Positions 21,573 to 29,783 of a DNA stretch of 64,000 nucleotides are shown here, one piece after another; positions within the stretch are counted from its first letter, which is position 1; every line of letters begins with the position of its first letter. Below the pieces are notes generated by a model that saw only the letters and a program-made list of their open reading frames with translations, did not search any database and was not told where the DNA came from. This stretch comes from a virus (taxonomy: Duplodnaviria; Caudoviricetes): the IMG/VR virus record IMGVR_UViG_3300027805_000006; one strand, 5' to 3'. The position numbers and the translations under genes were made by a program.

Positions 21573-24500
21573 ACTGCTAAACAAAAGTTCAACGTATGTT
21601 CAAAGTCTAGTTGACTTTGCGCTTGACACTAAGCCATACCACTCAAAGATAACTGAAATTGCAGTTGAATATCAGTTTGAGGATACTATCAACGTAAAGA
21701 TGGAGGATTCAATCTTCAGCAGGTTGATGACGAAGGCAGCATGGGGATATAACTTCTTTTCAGATGCAAATCCGGCAAATAGGGCTTTTCCGCTCCAACG
21801 AGTTGTGTCTCCATTTATTTTCAGCAACTATAAAAATGATGATCCTCTAAATTCTCTTGGTGGCTTCAAGGTAGGAAGAGATGAAAACACTGATATGGCT
21901 TTAGTGCCAACTGTTTTCAACAAGAGAACTAGCGCCGGAATTTTTGACGCAAATATACAGAAAAGTGCTGGTAGTACTTTATCGCTTATTGAGGGACTTG
22001 ATTATTTCCATAACTATGGGTCAAACGAATTTAGAGTTTCTACACCAAGTCCAACCGAATTAGACCAAAATCGTAGGTGGCAGGAAACACGAGCAGAGAG
22101 TGTGGTGCTTACAACTACTCTTGCTCTTCAAAGTGTTGCTCTTGACGTACTAAACCCAAACAGCATAAACAGGCAAGTTAGGTCTTTACTTGGACAAATT
22201 GAAGTACATCTTGTTTCCTATCCAAATGCTGCTGCATCTGCTGAACTTGCAACACTAATATCTGCTGTTGATTTACCAAGTATGCCGACTTCGTATGAAG
22301 CACTGCTTAATTCGCTATGTACTACTTTCTATTTTAGCCAATCTATAGCATCAACGGTATGGAATATAACACATAATCTTGGCGGTGCACCAGATAATGT
22401 AATGATAAAGAATGAATTTGGTGCTGTAATTACACCTGCGTTTATCAGTAATACATCAGCAAATACTACAGTAGTCACATTTTCAGCCGCTACATCTGGT
22501 GATGCAATTCTTATAAAGAATATTACACCAGCGTTATCTGGATACTCAGGGTGGATTGGTCAAGATTCATATCCAACTCCGACGAGCAAGTATGTAAATG
22601 AAAAATTAAGTCAACTATCTCCCTCTCTATATTTCAATCATTTTTCTGATTTAAGATTAAGAGAAAATGGTGGTGCATTCTATGATGGAATAGTTGCTGC
22701 AGGCTTTACTATTTCAAATGTAGTGGCTGTATTTGGAACAGATTCAGATGAATGGACGCTAAAGGTCATTGACACCGTTCCTCAGGTTGTTTCAGTGACT
22801 GGAAAAAATTATGGGTTAATAGGGGCATTTGTTGTAGGTAGTTCATTTACAAGTCCCTATCTTACATTTGATAGCAGCACTTCTGCAGGTACACTAACGC
22901 TAGGTGATGAGTATATTCTAACTCCAGACGGCAAGATAGTTATTGACAATACTGCTCCGCTAGAAGTTTGGAATATTATCAAGACAAATCCACAATCATA
23001 TAGCAGACCTTCTTTTGTTTCTACTCGTTTTGGGTATATCCAAAGTGCAACTACAGTTATAGGTCAAGTAACTATTATTGATGGAACTATTCCAACTGGG
23101 ACAATAATTCTGACTGCTACATCTGGAACAACATTTAGTCTGTCAAGCACTATCGAGCCTTCATATACTGGATCTGTTACTGTTGGGGTTCCATTCAATG
23201 ATGGGCGTCTTCAGTTTACTATTATGGCAGGGTCAGCCCAGCCGTTTGCAGCTGGTGACCAGTTCCTAATAAACATCATAAATGAACCGCCACAGCATTT
23301 TGATCTAGGTCTTTACTATGGCTATGATCTTGACAGTTATGATAATCAGACTGTAGTTTATGAAAACCAGAATTCATCTGACCCGCTGTACAATGTGCCT
23401 TTAGATTTTAGATATGACAGCAGGTTCTTTGACTTTGATATCAATTCACTTGGTCTTGCCCTGACACAAGCAGTGGTAGATGGAAGACAATTCAAACTTA
23501 CCGCTGCGCCAGACGGAGCACCAATTGCAGTTCTGCAAAAGGATGGAAGTGGTCCTACTAATGTGATTGACCTTGCTGGACCAACTTCTGGAATTGCGCC
23601 TGACCCTTCGCTGACAAGTGTGCCAGTTGTTTCAATGCCTGGAGATCCAAATCCTTCTCCAGACCTTCAAGTATTCTATGCACAAACATTTGGCCTACAG
23701 TATTCTGATGATGGTGGAACCACTTGGTCAAGCGCAATATCTGTTCCAGTAAATGTTCCATACTCAAATGCTTCTCTTGGCATAAGTTTAACAATCCCAT
23801 TTACATCAAAGCCATTTATCGCAGTTACCAGCGATACTGGAATTAGTGGCGGTGATGTATTCTTCTTTAGAGTGACAAATCCTGGTCCAATACAAGACCC
23901 AATTCCAGCAATCTTTTCATCACCAAATGTGCCAAGAATTGCTATGTATGGTGAAGGGTTTTTCAACAGTCCTGCTGCCGATTGGACAATTACCTTTAAT
24001 TCGTCTGACCAGTACACGCTAACAGGCATATACACCACCGGCACTTTAGCAGGTTCAACTGTTACTGGATATCCAGTAACAGGAAATTTGAGTGTGCCTG
24101 GAGCATGGGTAAATCGAAATCTTACATATAAAGATGATTACCTATATTTTACCATTATTCCATCTATATTAGGTTTTGCTTCTGGTGATGAGTTCTATTT
24201 CAGCACATATGATGAAAAGCCGGCGGTGCTTGTGCATGGTTCTGTAAGTGGTTGGCAGCCAATGGCTGAATATGGTAAGTGGTACTGGAATGGAAAAATT
24301 GGATTTAAGATTGATGAGACATTGGCTATTGTCTTTAAGAATAATCAACCCATAGCATCTAGCGATGGTGATTATACACGAATTAGTGTAAGTCAAGTAC
24401 GTCCAGATACACCTTCACTTGTTTATACATTTAATAGGGTTGTTGATGGTAGTACCATAACCTTTATGGTTAACCGTTCTGATGTGGGTATTGTTGATTT

Positions 24501-26067
24501 CTGTCCATCAACTGGTGTATTCATTGACAAGTATATAAAAGTTATCCTTTCAGATCCATCTACAACATTTCAAGTATGTACATACCCTGATGAATTAGAT
24601 TTTTGGAACGCGCAGGACACTGTTATTTTTAAATCTGACGTTGGTGCACTGCAACCTAAAACAGATGACTTTGTAAATGTAAAGAAAGCAGAAGTAGGAA
24701 GGCTTGCAATAAATCTAGATTACTCAATTTTACCAACGCCCCCGACGCTTTTGCCATTGTCGCCCTTTTCGATTGACCCAGATTTTATTGACCTATCTAC
24801 TGGCACGTATTTCGGTGCGCCGCCAGTTGAGACATATTCGCCTGAAGCAATTTTACTGAACAATTGGTTACCGCTAAAGGTTGATGGATATGATGCTGTT
24901 TCTTCTTTTGCCCACCTCCCAGATACTGCAACTGAAATGCGTGTTAAAAGCGCATCATCGGGAGAAAGTGTAGGAACGATTTACACACTAGGTACATTAA
25001 ATGAGCCTATAAGATTTCAATGGGATGAAGCATTCTTTAACAAGTACCTTCCACTTAATTCACAGGCAAATGTCATCACCTATGGCTCTCACCTAAATGA
25101 AAATGTAAGAGTTCTTATTTCTGAGAAGGTAAACTTTCTAACCAGCGGTGGCGCTCTTTTTGAAAATGCGTTATTCTCAGATGTAATGACCATCTCAGCA
25201 ATCGATAATCACACCATAAACATTGATCTAAATCAGTTTGAGAATGTAAATGCAAACGTCGCTGATGGTCCATTTGATGGCTTCCTACCAGGATATAGCA
25301 ATTTACCCTATGATGCAGAAGATGCGCTCGGAATTGATTTTATAAGTTTGGCTGCTGCTAGCGGTCAGTATGATACTGGCACGCCGCTTGTTGATAACTT
25401 CCTTAGGGCGGTATATTTAAACTCTCTGCCAATTCTTACTGCTGAGCAGTTGGCAGAGTTAACTAGTATTTCTTATTTGATAGATGATTACCTTCAGCCC
25501 GGTGGGATTGGTGCAACTTCGCTGATGCAGTTCCTAACAGCGCTTGATGCTGATGCATATGCTGCAGGCGGCGTTGAGCCAACTCTTGGAATTCCAAAGC
25601 GCGGGATGGCCGCTGATATTAATAAGACAGATTCTTCTACTGCGACTTCAAATATATCTGAGGCATTTTCTGCTGTTGCAAACGTTTTACCTTTATCCTA
25701 CGATGAAAGTGGATATGGCTCTGGTGGCTTTGATGCTGATGGAGATGTGATTGTTTATTTTACAGCGGGTGCATCAATGAACCCTGCAAATAACTATACC
25801 TTCCCCTATCCTGTTCCACCCAGCGCATCATATTCTACTTTAGATACGCCATTTACTACATCTATTGCTGCAAGGGTGTTTGAAATAACGTTCCCTGCAC
25901 CACCAATCAACTATGCGGCGCCGACCATTCCAGTTTTCCCAGTTTTTAGAATTTTGACGCCTACCATCACAACTCCGCTAACTATTTCATATGTAGAGCA
26001 GATAAATGCTCGAAAATTTAGGTTTAGTATGGCTTCTACAGAAGAAGCGAAGGTTATAACTACGTGA
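21565..26067 (+). CDS. Giant virion structural protein, 1500 aa
   Basis: Overlaps the previous gene by 8 nt; YVQSLVDFALDTKPYHSKI N-terminus; repeated beta modules. Confidence 0.8.
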   Translation: MNKLLNKSSTYVQSLVDFALDTKPYHSKITEIAVEYQFEDTINVKMEDSIFSRLMTKAAWGYNFFSDANPANRAFPLQRVVSPFIFSNYKNDDPLNSLGGFKVGRDENTDMALVPTVFNKRTSAGIFDANIQKSAGSTLSLIEGLDYFHNYGSNEFRVSTPSPTELDQNRRWQETRAESVVLTTTLALQSVALDVLNPNSINRQVRSLLGQIEVHLVSYPNAAASAELATLISAVDLPSMPTSYEALLNSLCTTFYFSQSIASTVWNITHNLGGAPDNVMIKNEFGAVITPAFISNTSANTTVVTFSAATSGDAILIKNITPALSGYSGWIGQDSYPTPTSKYVNEKLSQLSPSLYFNHFSDLRLRENGGAFYDGIVAAGFTISNVVAVFGTDSDEWTLKVIDTVPQVVSVTGKNYGLIGAFVVGSSFTSPYLTFDSSTSAGTLTLGDEYILTPDGKIVIDNTAPLEVWNIIKTNPQSYSRPSFVSTRFGYIQSATTVIGQVTIIDGTIPTGTIILTATSGTTFSLSSTIEPSYTGSVTVGVPFNDGRLQFTIMAGSAQPFAAGDQFLINIINEPPQHFDLGLYYGYDLDSYDNQTVVYENQNSSDPLYNVPLDFRYDSRFFDFDINSLGLALTQAVVDGRQFKLTAAPDGAPIAVLQKDGSGPTNVIDLAGPTSGIAPDPSLTSVPVVSMPGDPNPSPDLQVFYAQTFGLQYSDDGGTTWSSAISVPVNVPYSNASLGISLTIPFTSKPFIAVTSDTGISGGDVFFFRVTNPGPIQDPIPAIFSSPNVPRIAMYGEGFFNSPAADWTITFNSSDQYTLTGIYTTGTLAGSTVTGYPVTGNLSVPGAWVNRNLTYKDDYLYFTIIPSILGFASGDEFYFSTYDEKPAVLVHGSVSGWQPMAEYGKWYWNGKIGFKIDETLAIVFKNNQPIASSDGDYTRISVSQVRPDTPSLVYTFNRVVDGSTITFMVNRSDVGIVDFCPSTGVFIDKYIKVILSDPSTTFQVCTYPDELDFWNAQDTVIFKSDVGALQPKTDDFVNVKKAEVGRLAINLDYSILPTPPTLLPLSPFSIDPDFIDLSTGTYFGAPPVETYSPEAILLNNWLPLKVDGYDAVSSFAHLPDTATEMRVKSASSGESVGTIYTLGTLNEPIRFQWDEAFFNKYLPLNSQANVITYGSHLNENVRVLISEKVNFLTSGGALFENALFSDVMTISAIDNHTINIDLNQFENVNANVADGPFDGFLPGYSNLPYDAEDALGIDFISLAAASGQYDTGTPLVDNFLRAVYLNSLPILTAEQLAELTSISYLIDDYLQPGGIGATSLMQFLTALDADAYAAGGVEPTLGIPKRGMAADINKTDSSTATSNISEAFSAVANVLPLSYDESGYGSGGFDADGDVIVYFTAGASMNPANNYTFPYPVPPSASYSTLDTPFTTSIAARVFEITFPAPPINYAAPTIPVFPVFRILTPTITTPLTISYVEQINARKFRFSMASTEEAKVITT

Positions 26068-26075
26068 CCTGCCGA

Positions 26076-26082
26076 ATAAATA
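26076..26082 (+). promoter_or_regulatory. Late promoter ATAAATA
   Basis: Intergenic, upstream of 26107. Confidence 0.7.
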
Positions 26083-26106
26083 CATCCAAATCAATGTGAG
26101 GAAGAT

Positions 26107-26721
26107 ATGCAAGAGACATTCAAAACGTTAGTTTCCGGTCATGTTCTTATTAAGGACAATACCACAGGAGAAGTGCTGGTTGACAAGCAAAATGCTATTC
26201 ATCCTAAGAATATGGCTACAGCAATTGCTAGGGGACTAGCAAATTCTGTAAATCATCAAGTTTTTAAAATGAAACTTGGGAATGGTGGTACATACATCGA
26301 TGCTTCTATGCAGATAGTATTTCAGCCACCTATTACCACTGGTGACACTGCAGATCTTTACAATGCAACATATGCAGAGGTTGTTGATGATGAAGATGCA
26401 AGCATCTCTGCATATCCAGGAAATTCTGTTGTTTATACAAATATTCCTGCTTCAACAAACACCCGAGTAATTGTTACTTGCGTTGTTTCTTCAAATGAGG
26501 CTATCAATAATCCAACAGACGGGGGCGATGGTGACCCAAGTCTAAATCCAGAAGGTACATTCTTCTTTGATGAACTTGGTCTTTTCACCAAGCAAACAGA
26601 CTCTAACCTACTGAATGGTGCAGATGAACTAATGCTGTCACATTTAATCTTTAGCCCAATTGAACACACTGGAAATCGTGAACTGACAATTGTTTATACG
26701 TTGACCGTGTCAGTGTCGTAA
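26107..26721 (+). CDS. Virion structural protein (tail/baseplate-associated), 204 aa
   Basis: GHVLIKD..LVDKQNAIH..FFFDELGL..HLIFSPIEH..RELTIVYTL; late promoter and GAGGA RBS. Confidence 0.6.
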   Translation: MQETFKTLVSGHVLIKDNTTGEVLVDKQNAIHPKNMATAIARGLANSVNHQVFKMKLGNGGTYIDASMQIVFQPPITTGDTADLYNATYAEVVDDEDASISAYPGNSVVYTNIPASTNTRVIVTCVVSSNEAINNPTDGGDGDPSLNPEGTFFFDELGLFTKQTDSNLLNGADELMLSHLIFSPIEHTGNRELTIVYTLTVSVS

Positions 26722-26874
26722 TTACCGCAATAATACTGTATAAGTACAGTAAATATTGTTTGAATATAACAACTATATCCATAACCATAACCATATCAAT
26801 ACGCAGCAAAGGTGAAATATCTTGTTATATGCATATAAAAATAAATCACTGCATGCTGCGAAAAGGAGTAATTT

Positions 26875-28545
26875 GTGCGCGTAACTTTTAGACAAGGTAT
26901 TGCTAGATATCAGACAGATGTCAATGCCACTCCTACCTTTCTGCAGAAATCGCCGCTAAATGTACAGTTTGTTGACTTAGTAGTATCACCAGATCCTACA
27001 GTCATTATATTTGCACATAAAAATGCGACGTACGTATTTGAAGAAACTAAAACAGTAAGAAATGCTTGGGGTCCATTTACTGGCACTACAACGTATTATC
27101 TCTACTGGGACATTGATCTTCTTACGGCCCAAATAACACGCGGTATTACAATTCACCCGCCAATCATTTCAGGTGTTGCGCCTGTAAGCCCTCCAATCGA
27201 CCAGCATTGGTTTGACAGTCTAAACACCGTAATGAAGGTGTGGAATGGAGTCAAATGGATTGAGAAGATTAGGGTATTTGCTGCAACATACAGTTCATCT
27301 GCTATCATCAAGCCATATGCCCTTGGAACACAGGTAGGCATAACTGGAGACTTTGAGACTGGCAGTATTATTCTTGACTCATTTCTTAATCCATTAAGAC
27401 AGTCAGACGGATCATTTGTTACATCAACAACTGATATGTCAGTTGTCGGCGTTGGTACACGCCGTGTCAGATTCGAATCTGACCTTGTGACATTGATGGC
27501 AAATGAGTATATTCCAAAGAACAGCCTTATTCACCTTCAGGCAGGAAGAAAAGCGATCTTAGCACGAAATACGGATTTAATGACTCGTGTAGATGGTATT
27601 GCACTAGAAGATATGCATGCCGGCGAAACATCAATTATTGTTACTGGTGGACTTGTAAAAGACAACACTTGGTCTTGGCCAATAAATTCTGTAAACAGAC
27701 CTCTTTTCTGTGGTCCTACTGGAGAACTTACGCTAATTCCTCCTGTGCAAGGGGTGCTACAAAGAGTTGGTTATGTGTTTGACACAGATGCAATTTACAT
27801 TGATATACACCCAGTGGTAATGCTTGATACTATTAACGTTCCAGCACCACCGCCACCTCCACCGCCACTTTCTCCAGTTCCAGACTTTACGGTGCTACCA
27901 TTTACTACTACTGGAATTGCACCATTTACAGTGCAATTCCAAGATCTTTCTATCAATTCACCAACTTCTTGGGAATGGGACTTTACAAATGATGGTTCAG
28001 TAGACTCAACTCTGCAGAATCCGACATATTCATACACCACCTCAGGGGTTTATAACGTAAGGCTGAAAGTTGCAAATGCCTATGGGACTAATCAGGTAGT
28101 AAAAACATCATTCATAACGGCAACAACTCCACCACCTTCTGGAACGTTTACTAACCTAGAGATCAACATTGGTGGTCCAATGCAAGTTGATAGAAACCAA
28201 TTATTTACTATTGTCATAACAACTAGAAATACTGGTTTCTTAACTGCAACTAACGTCGTGCGGCGTATTGAAGTTCTTGATCTAAGTGGAAACCAAATTG
28301 CTGTCAGCGGTTTACCTGTTGGCTCTACATTGAATAGAGTTACAACTGCACCGCCAAGGAATATTGTGGTATTACCATCAGTAGTGTCAATGGCAAGTGG
28401 ATCTACGCTCACCAACACATTTACGCTACAAGCCCCGCCGACAGGTGGAAACCAATCAATTCGTGTTATCGCATACGTAAGTAGTCCAGAGGCTGACGTA
28501 GAAGAAGGTGATAACAGCGTTTCACTATATGTGATGGTGGTGTAA
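26875..28545 (+). CDS. Virion surface protein with PKD and DUF11-like Ig domains
   Basis: GTG start with AAGGAG RBS; PKD motif APFTVQFQDLS..SWEWDF..NPTYSYTTSGVYNVRLKV; poly-Pro linker; C-terminal Ig-like domain. Confidence 0.75.
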   Translation: MRVTFRQGIARYQTDVNATPTFLQKSPLNVQFVDLVVSPDPTVIIFAHKNATYVFEETKTVRNAWGPFTGTTTYYLYWDIDLLTAQITRGITIHPPIISGVAPVSPPIDQHWFDSLNTVMKVWNGVKWIEKIRVFAATYSSSAIIKPYALGTQVGITGDFETGSIILDSFLNPLRQSDGSFVTSTTDMSVVGVGTRRVRFESDLVTLMANEYIPKNSLIHLQAGRKAILARNTDLMTRVDGIALEDMHAGETSIIVTGGLVKDNTWSWPINSVNRPLFCGPTGELTLIPPVQGVLQRVGYVFDTDAIYIDIHPVVMLDTINVPAPPPPPPPLSPVPDFTVLPFTTTGIAPFTVQFQDLSINSPTSWEWDFTNDGSVDSTLQNPTYSYTTSGVYNVRLKVANAYGTNQVVKTSFITATTPPPSGTFTNLEINIGGPMQVDRNQLFTIVITTRNTGFLTATNVVRRIEVLDLSGNQIAVSGLPVGSTLNRVTTAPPRNIVVLPSVVSMASGSTLTNTFTLQAPPTGGNQSIRVIAYVSSPEADVEEGDNSVSLYVMVV

Positions 28546-28546
28546 T

Positions 28547-29482
28547 ATGACAACTATCTTAAAACCAGTATATGTTGTTGAAGACCTTGGCGAATTCTCA
28601 CGGCTTCCTGATGGCGCTATTATCAATATTGGCGGTGTTGCTGGACCAACATTCACTGTCGGTGGTAGAGGACTTCTTTTTGATGATGGTTCATCCACAT
28701 CTGCAACGCCAGGCACTGGTACTACACTACAGGTAGCCTATGGCAATTCACTAACGCCGGCGCAGATAAACACAACAATTGGCAAGGACATTGTATTCAA
28801 TGCCTTAAACAATAATAAGTTTATCTTTGATGCAAGCACTGGTACTGTTATTATTCAGGGAAATCTGAATGTTCTAGGTACAAGTAACGTAGTAGAAGGA
28901 ACAGTTTCTAATCTAGATCAGGTTAATATTCAAACACCTGATCCATCAACTATTGGATTTACTATCCAGCCAATGGTTGGGATAACACCGGTTGTAAATC
29001 TAGTCGATATTAAGGCTATAAATGGTGGTCCTACAGTATTCAGTATTGGTCCTACAGGCACCACCTCAGTTACTGATATACTAATTAGCGGTACTGTAAA
29101 TGGTACCCCTATTTCTGAAATTCTTGACCACCTCAATGCAGTAGTTTTTCCTGCAAAGCACACGGCTGCACAGATTTCTGCAAACACTACTGGTCTGACA
29201 AATGTATCTGGTAATACTGTTCAGGAAGTAATTGAAAGTATTGATTCACAGATCAGTGCATTCACAGCAAATGATGTTCAGGGCTATGAACACGTACAAC
29301 TATTATCATCAGCAATTTGGGTAGTAGCACACGGTGCAAATAGCAAGAGAGTTCAGGTGTCTGTATGGGATAATGCTGATAGCATACTTATTCCAGATGC
29401 AGTCGTAATAACTGATATGAACACGGTAACTATTGCATTTGCTAGCCCATTGACTGGTAGAGCAATATTGCTGATTTTCTGA
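28547..29482 (+). CDS. Fibre-associated structural protein, 311 aa
   Basis: Gly/Thr/Val-rich, with the C-terminal ~65-aa W..H module shared with neighbours. Confidence 0.6.
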   Translation: MTTILKPVYVVEDLGEFSRLPDGAIINIGGVAGPTFTVGGRGLLFDDGSSTSATPGTGTTLQVAYGNSLTPAQINTTIGKDIVFNALNNNKFIFDASTGTVIIQGNLNVLGTSNVVEGTVSNLDQVNIQTPDPSTIGFTIQPMVGITPVVNLVDIKAINGGPTVFSIGPTGTTSVTDILISGTVNGTPISEILDHLNAVVFPAKHTAAQISANTTGLTNVSGNTVQEVIESIDSQISAFTANDVQGYEHVQLLSSAIWVVAHGANSKRVQVSVWDNADSILIPDAVVITDMNTVTIAFASPLTGRAILLIF

Positions 29483-29491
29483 TGAACATCA

Positions 29492-29498
29492 ATAAATA
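29492..29498 (+). promoter_or_regulatory. Late promoter ATAAATA
   Basis: Intergenic, upstream of 29527. Confidence 0.7.
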
Positions 29499-29526
29499 TA
29501 CTTGAACTGCAAAATATCAAAACACA

Positions 29527-29754
29527 ATGAAAAAACATATTGAAACAAGCGACATTGTACTTGCAGCAACACTGAAAGTCAATGGTCAAAAACTAGATCG
29601 TATCGAGAAGCAGGGGAACCGTGGTATATTCTGCTTCTTAGATGTTGATGAGACATTACTAAATGAGTTTGATTTAGGAAAAAGTCTCGTAGAACCAGTT
29701 TCTTTCAACAACGCTATAAAGGCGCTGACGACAGCCACAAGGCGAATCAATTAA
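29527..29754 (+). CDS. Small DUF5659-like protein
   Basis: TSDIVLAATL..G..L..I..F.F..VEP..F..IK.L pattern, recognised from memory. Confidence 0.55.
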   Translation: MKKHIETSDIVLAATLKVNGQKLDRIEKQGNRGIFCFLDVDETLLNEFDLGKSLVEPVSFNNAIKALTTATRRIN

Positions 29755-29783
29755 CCACAACCCTTTTTTAGGAGAAAATTACT

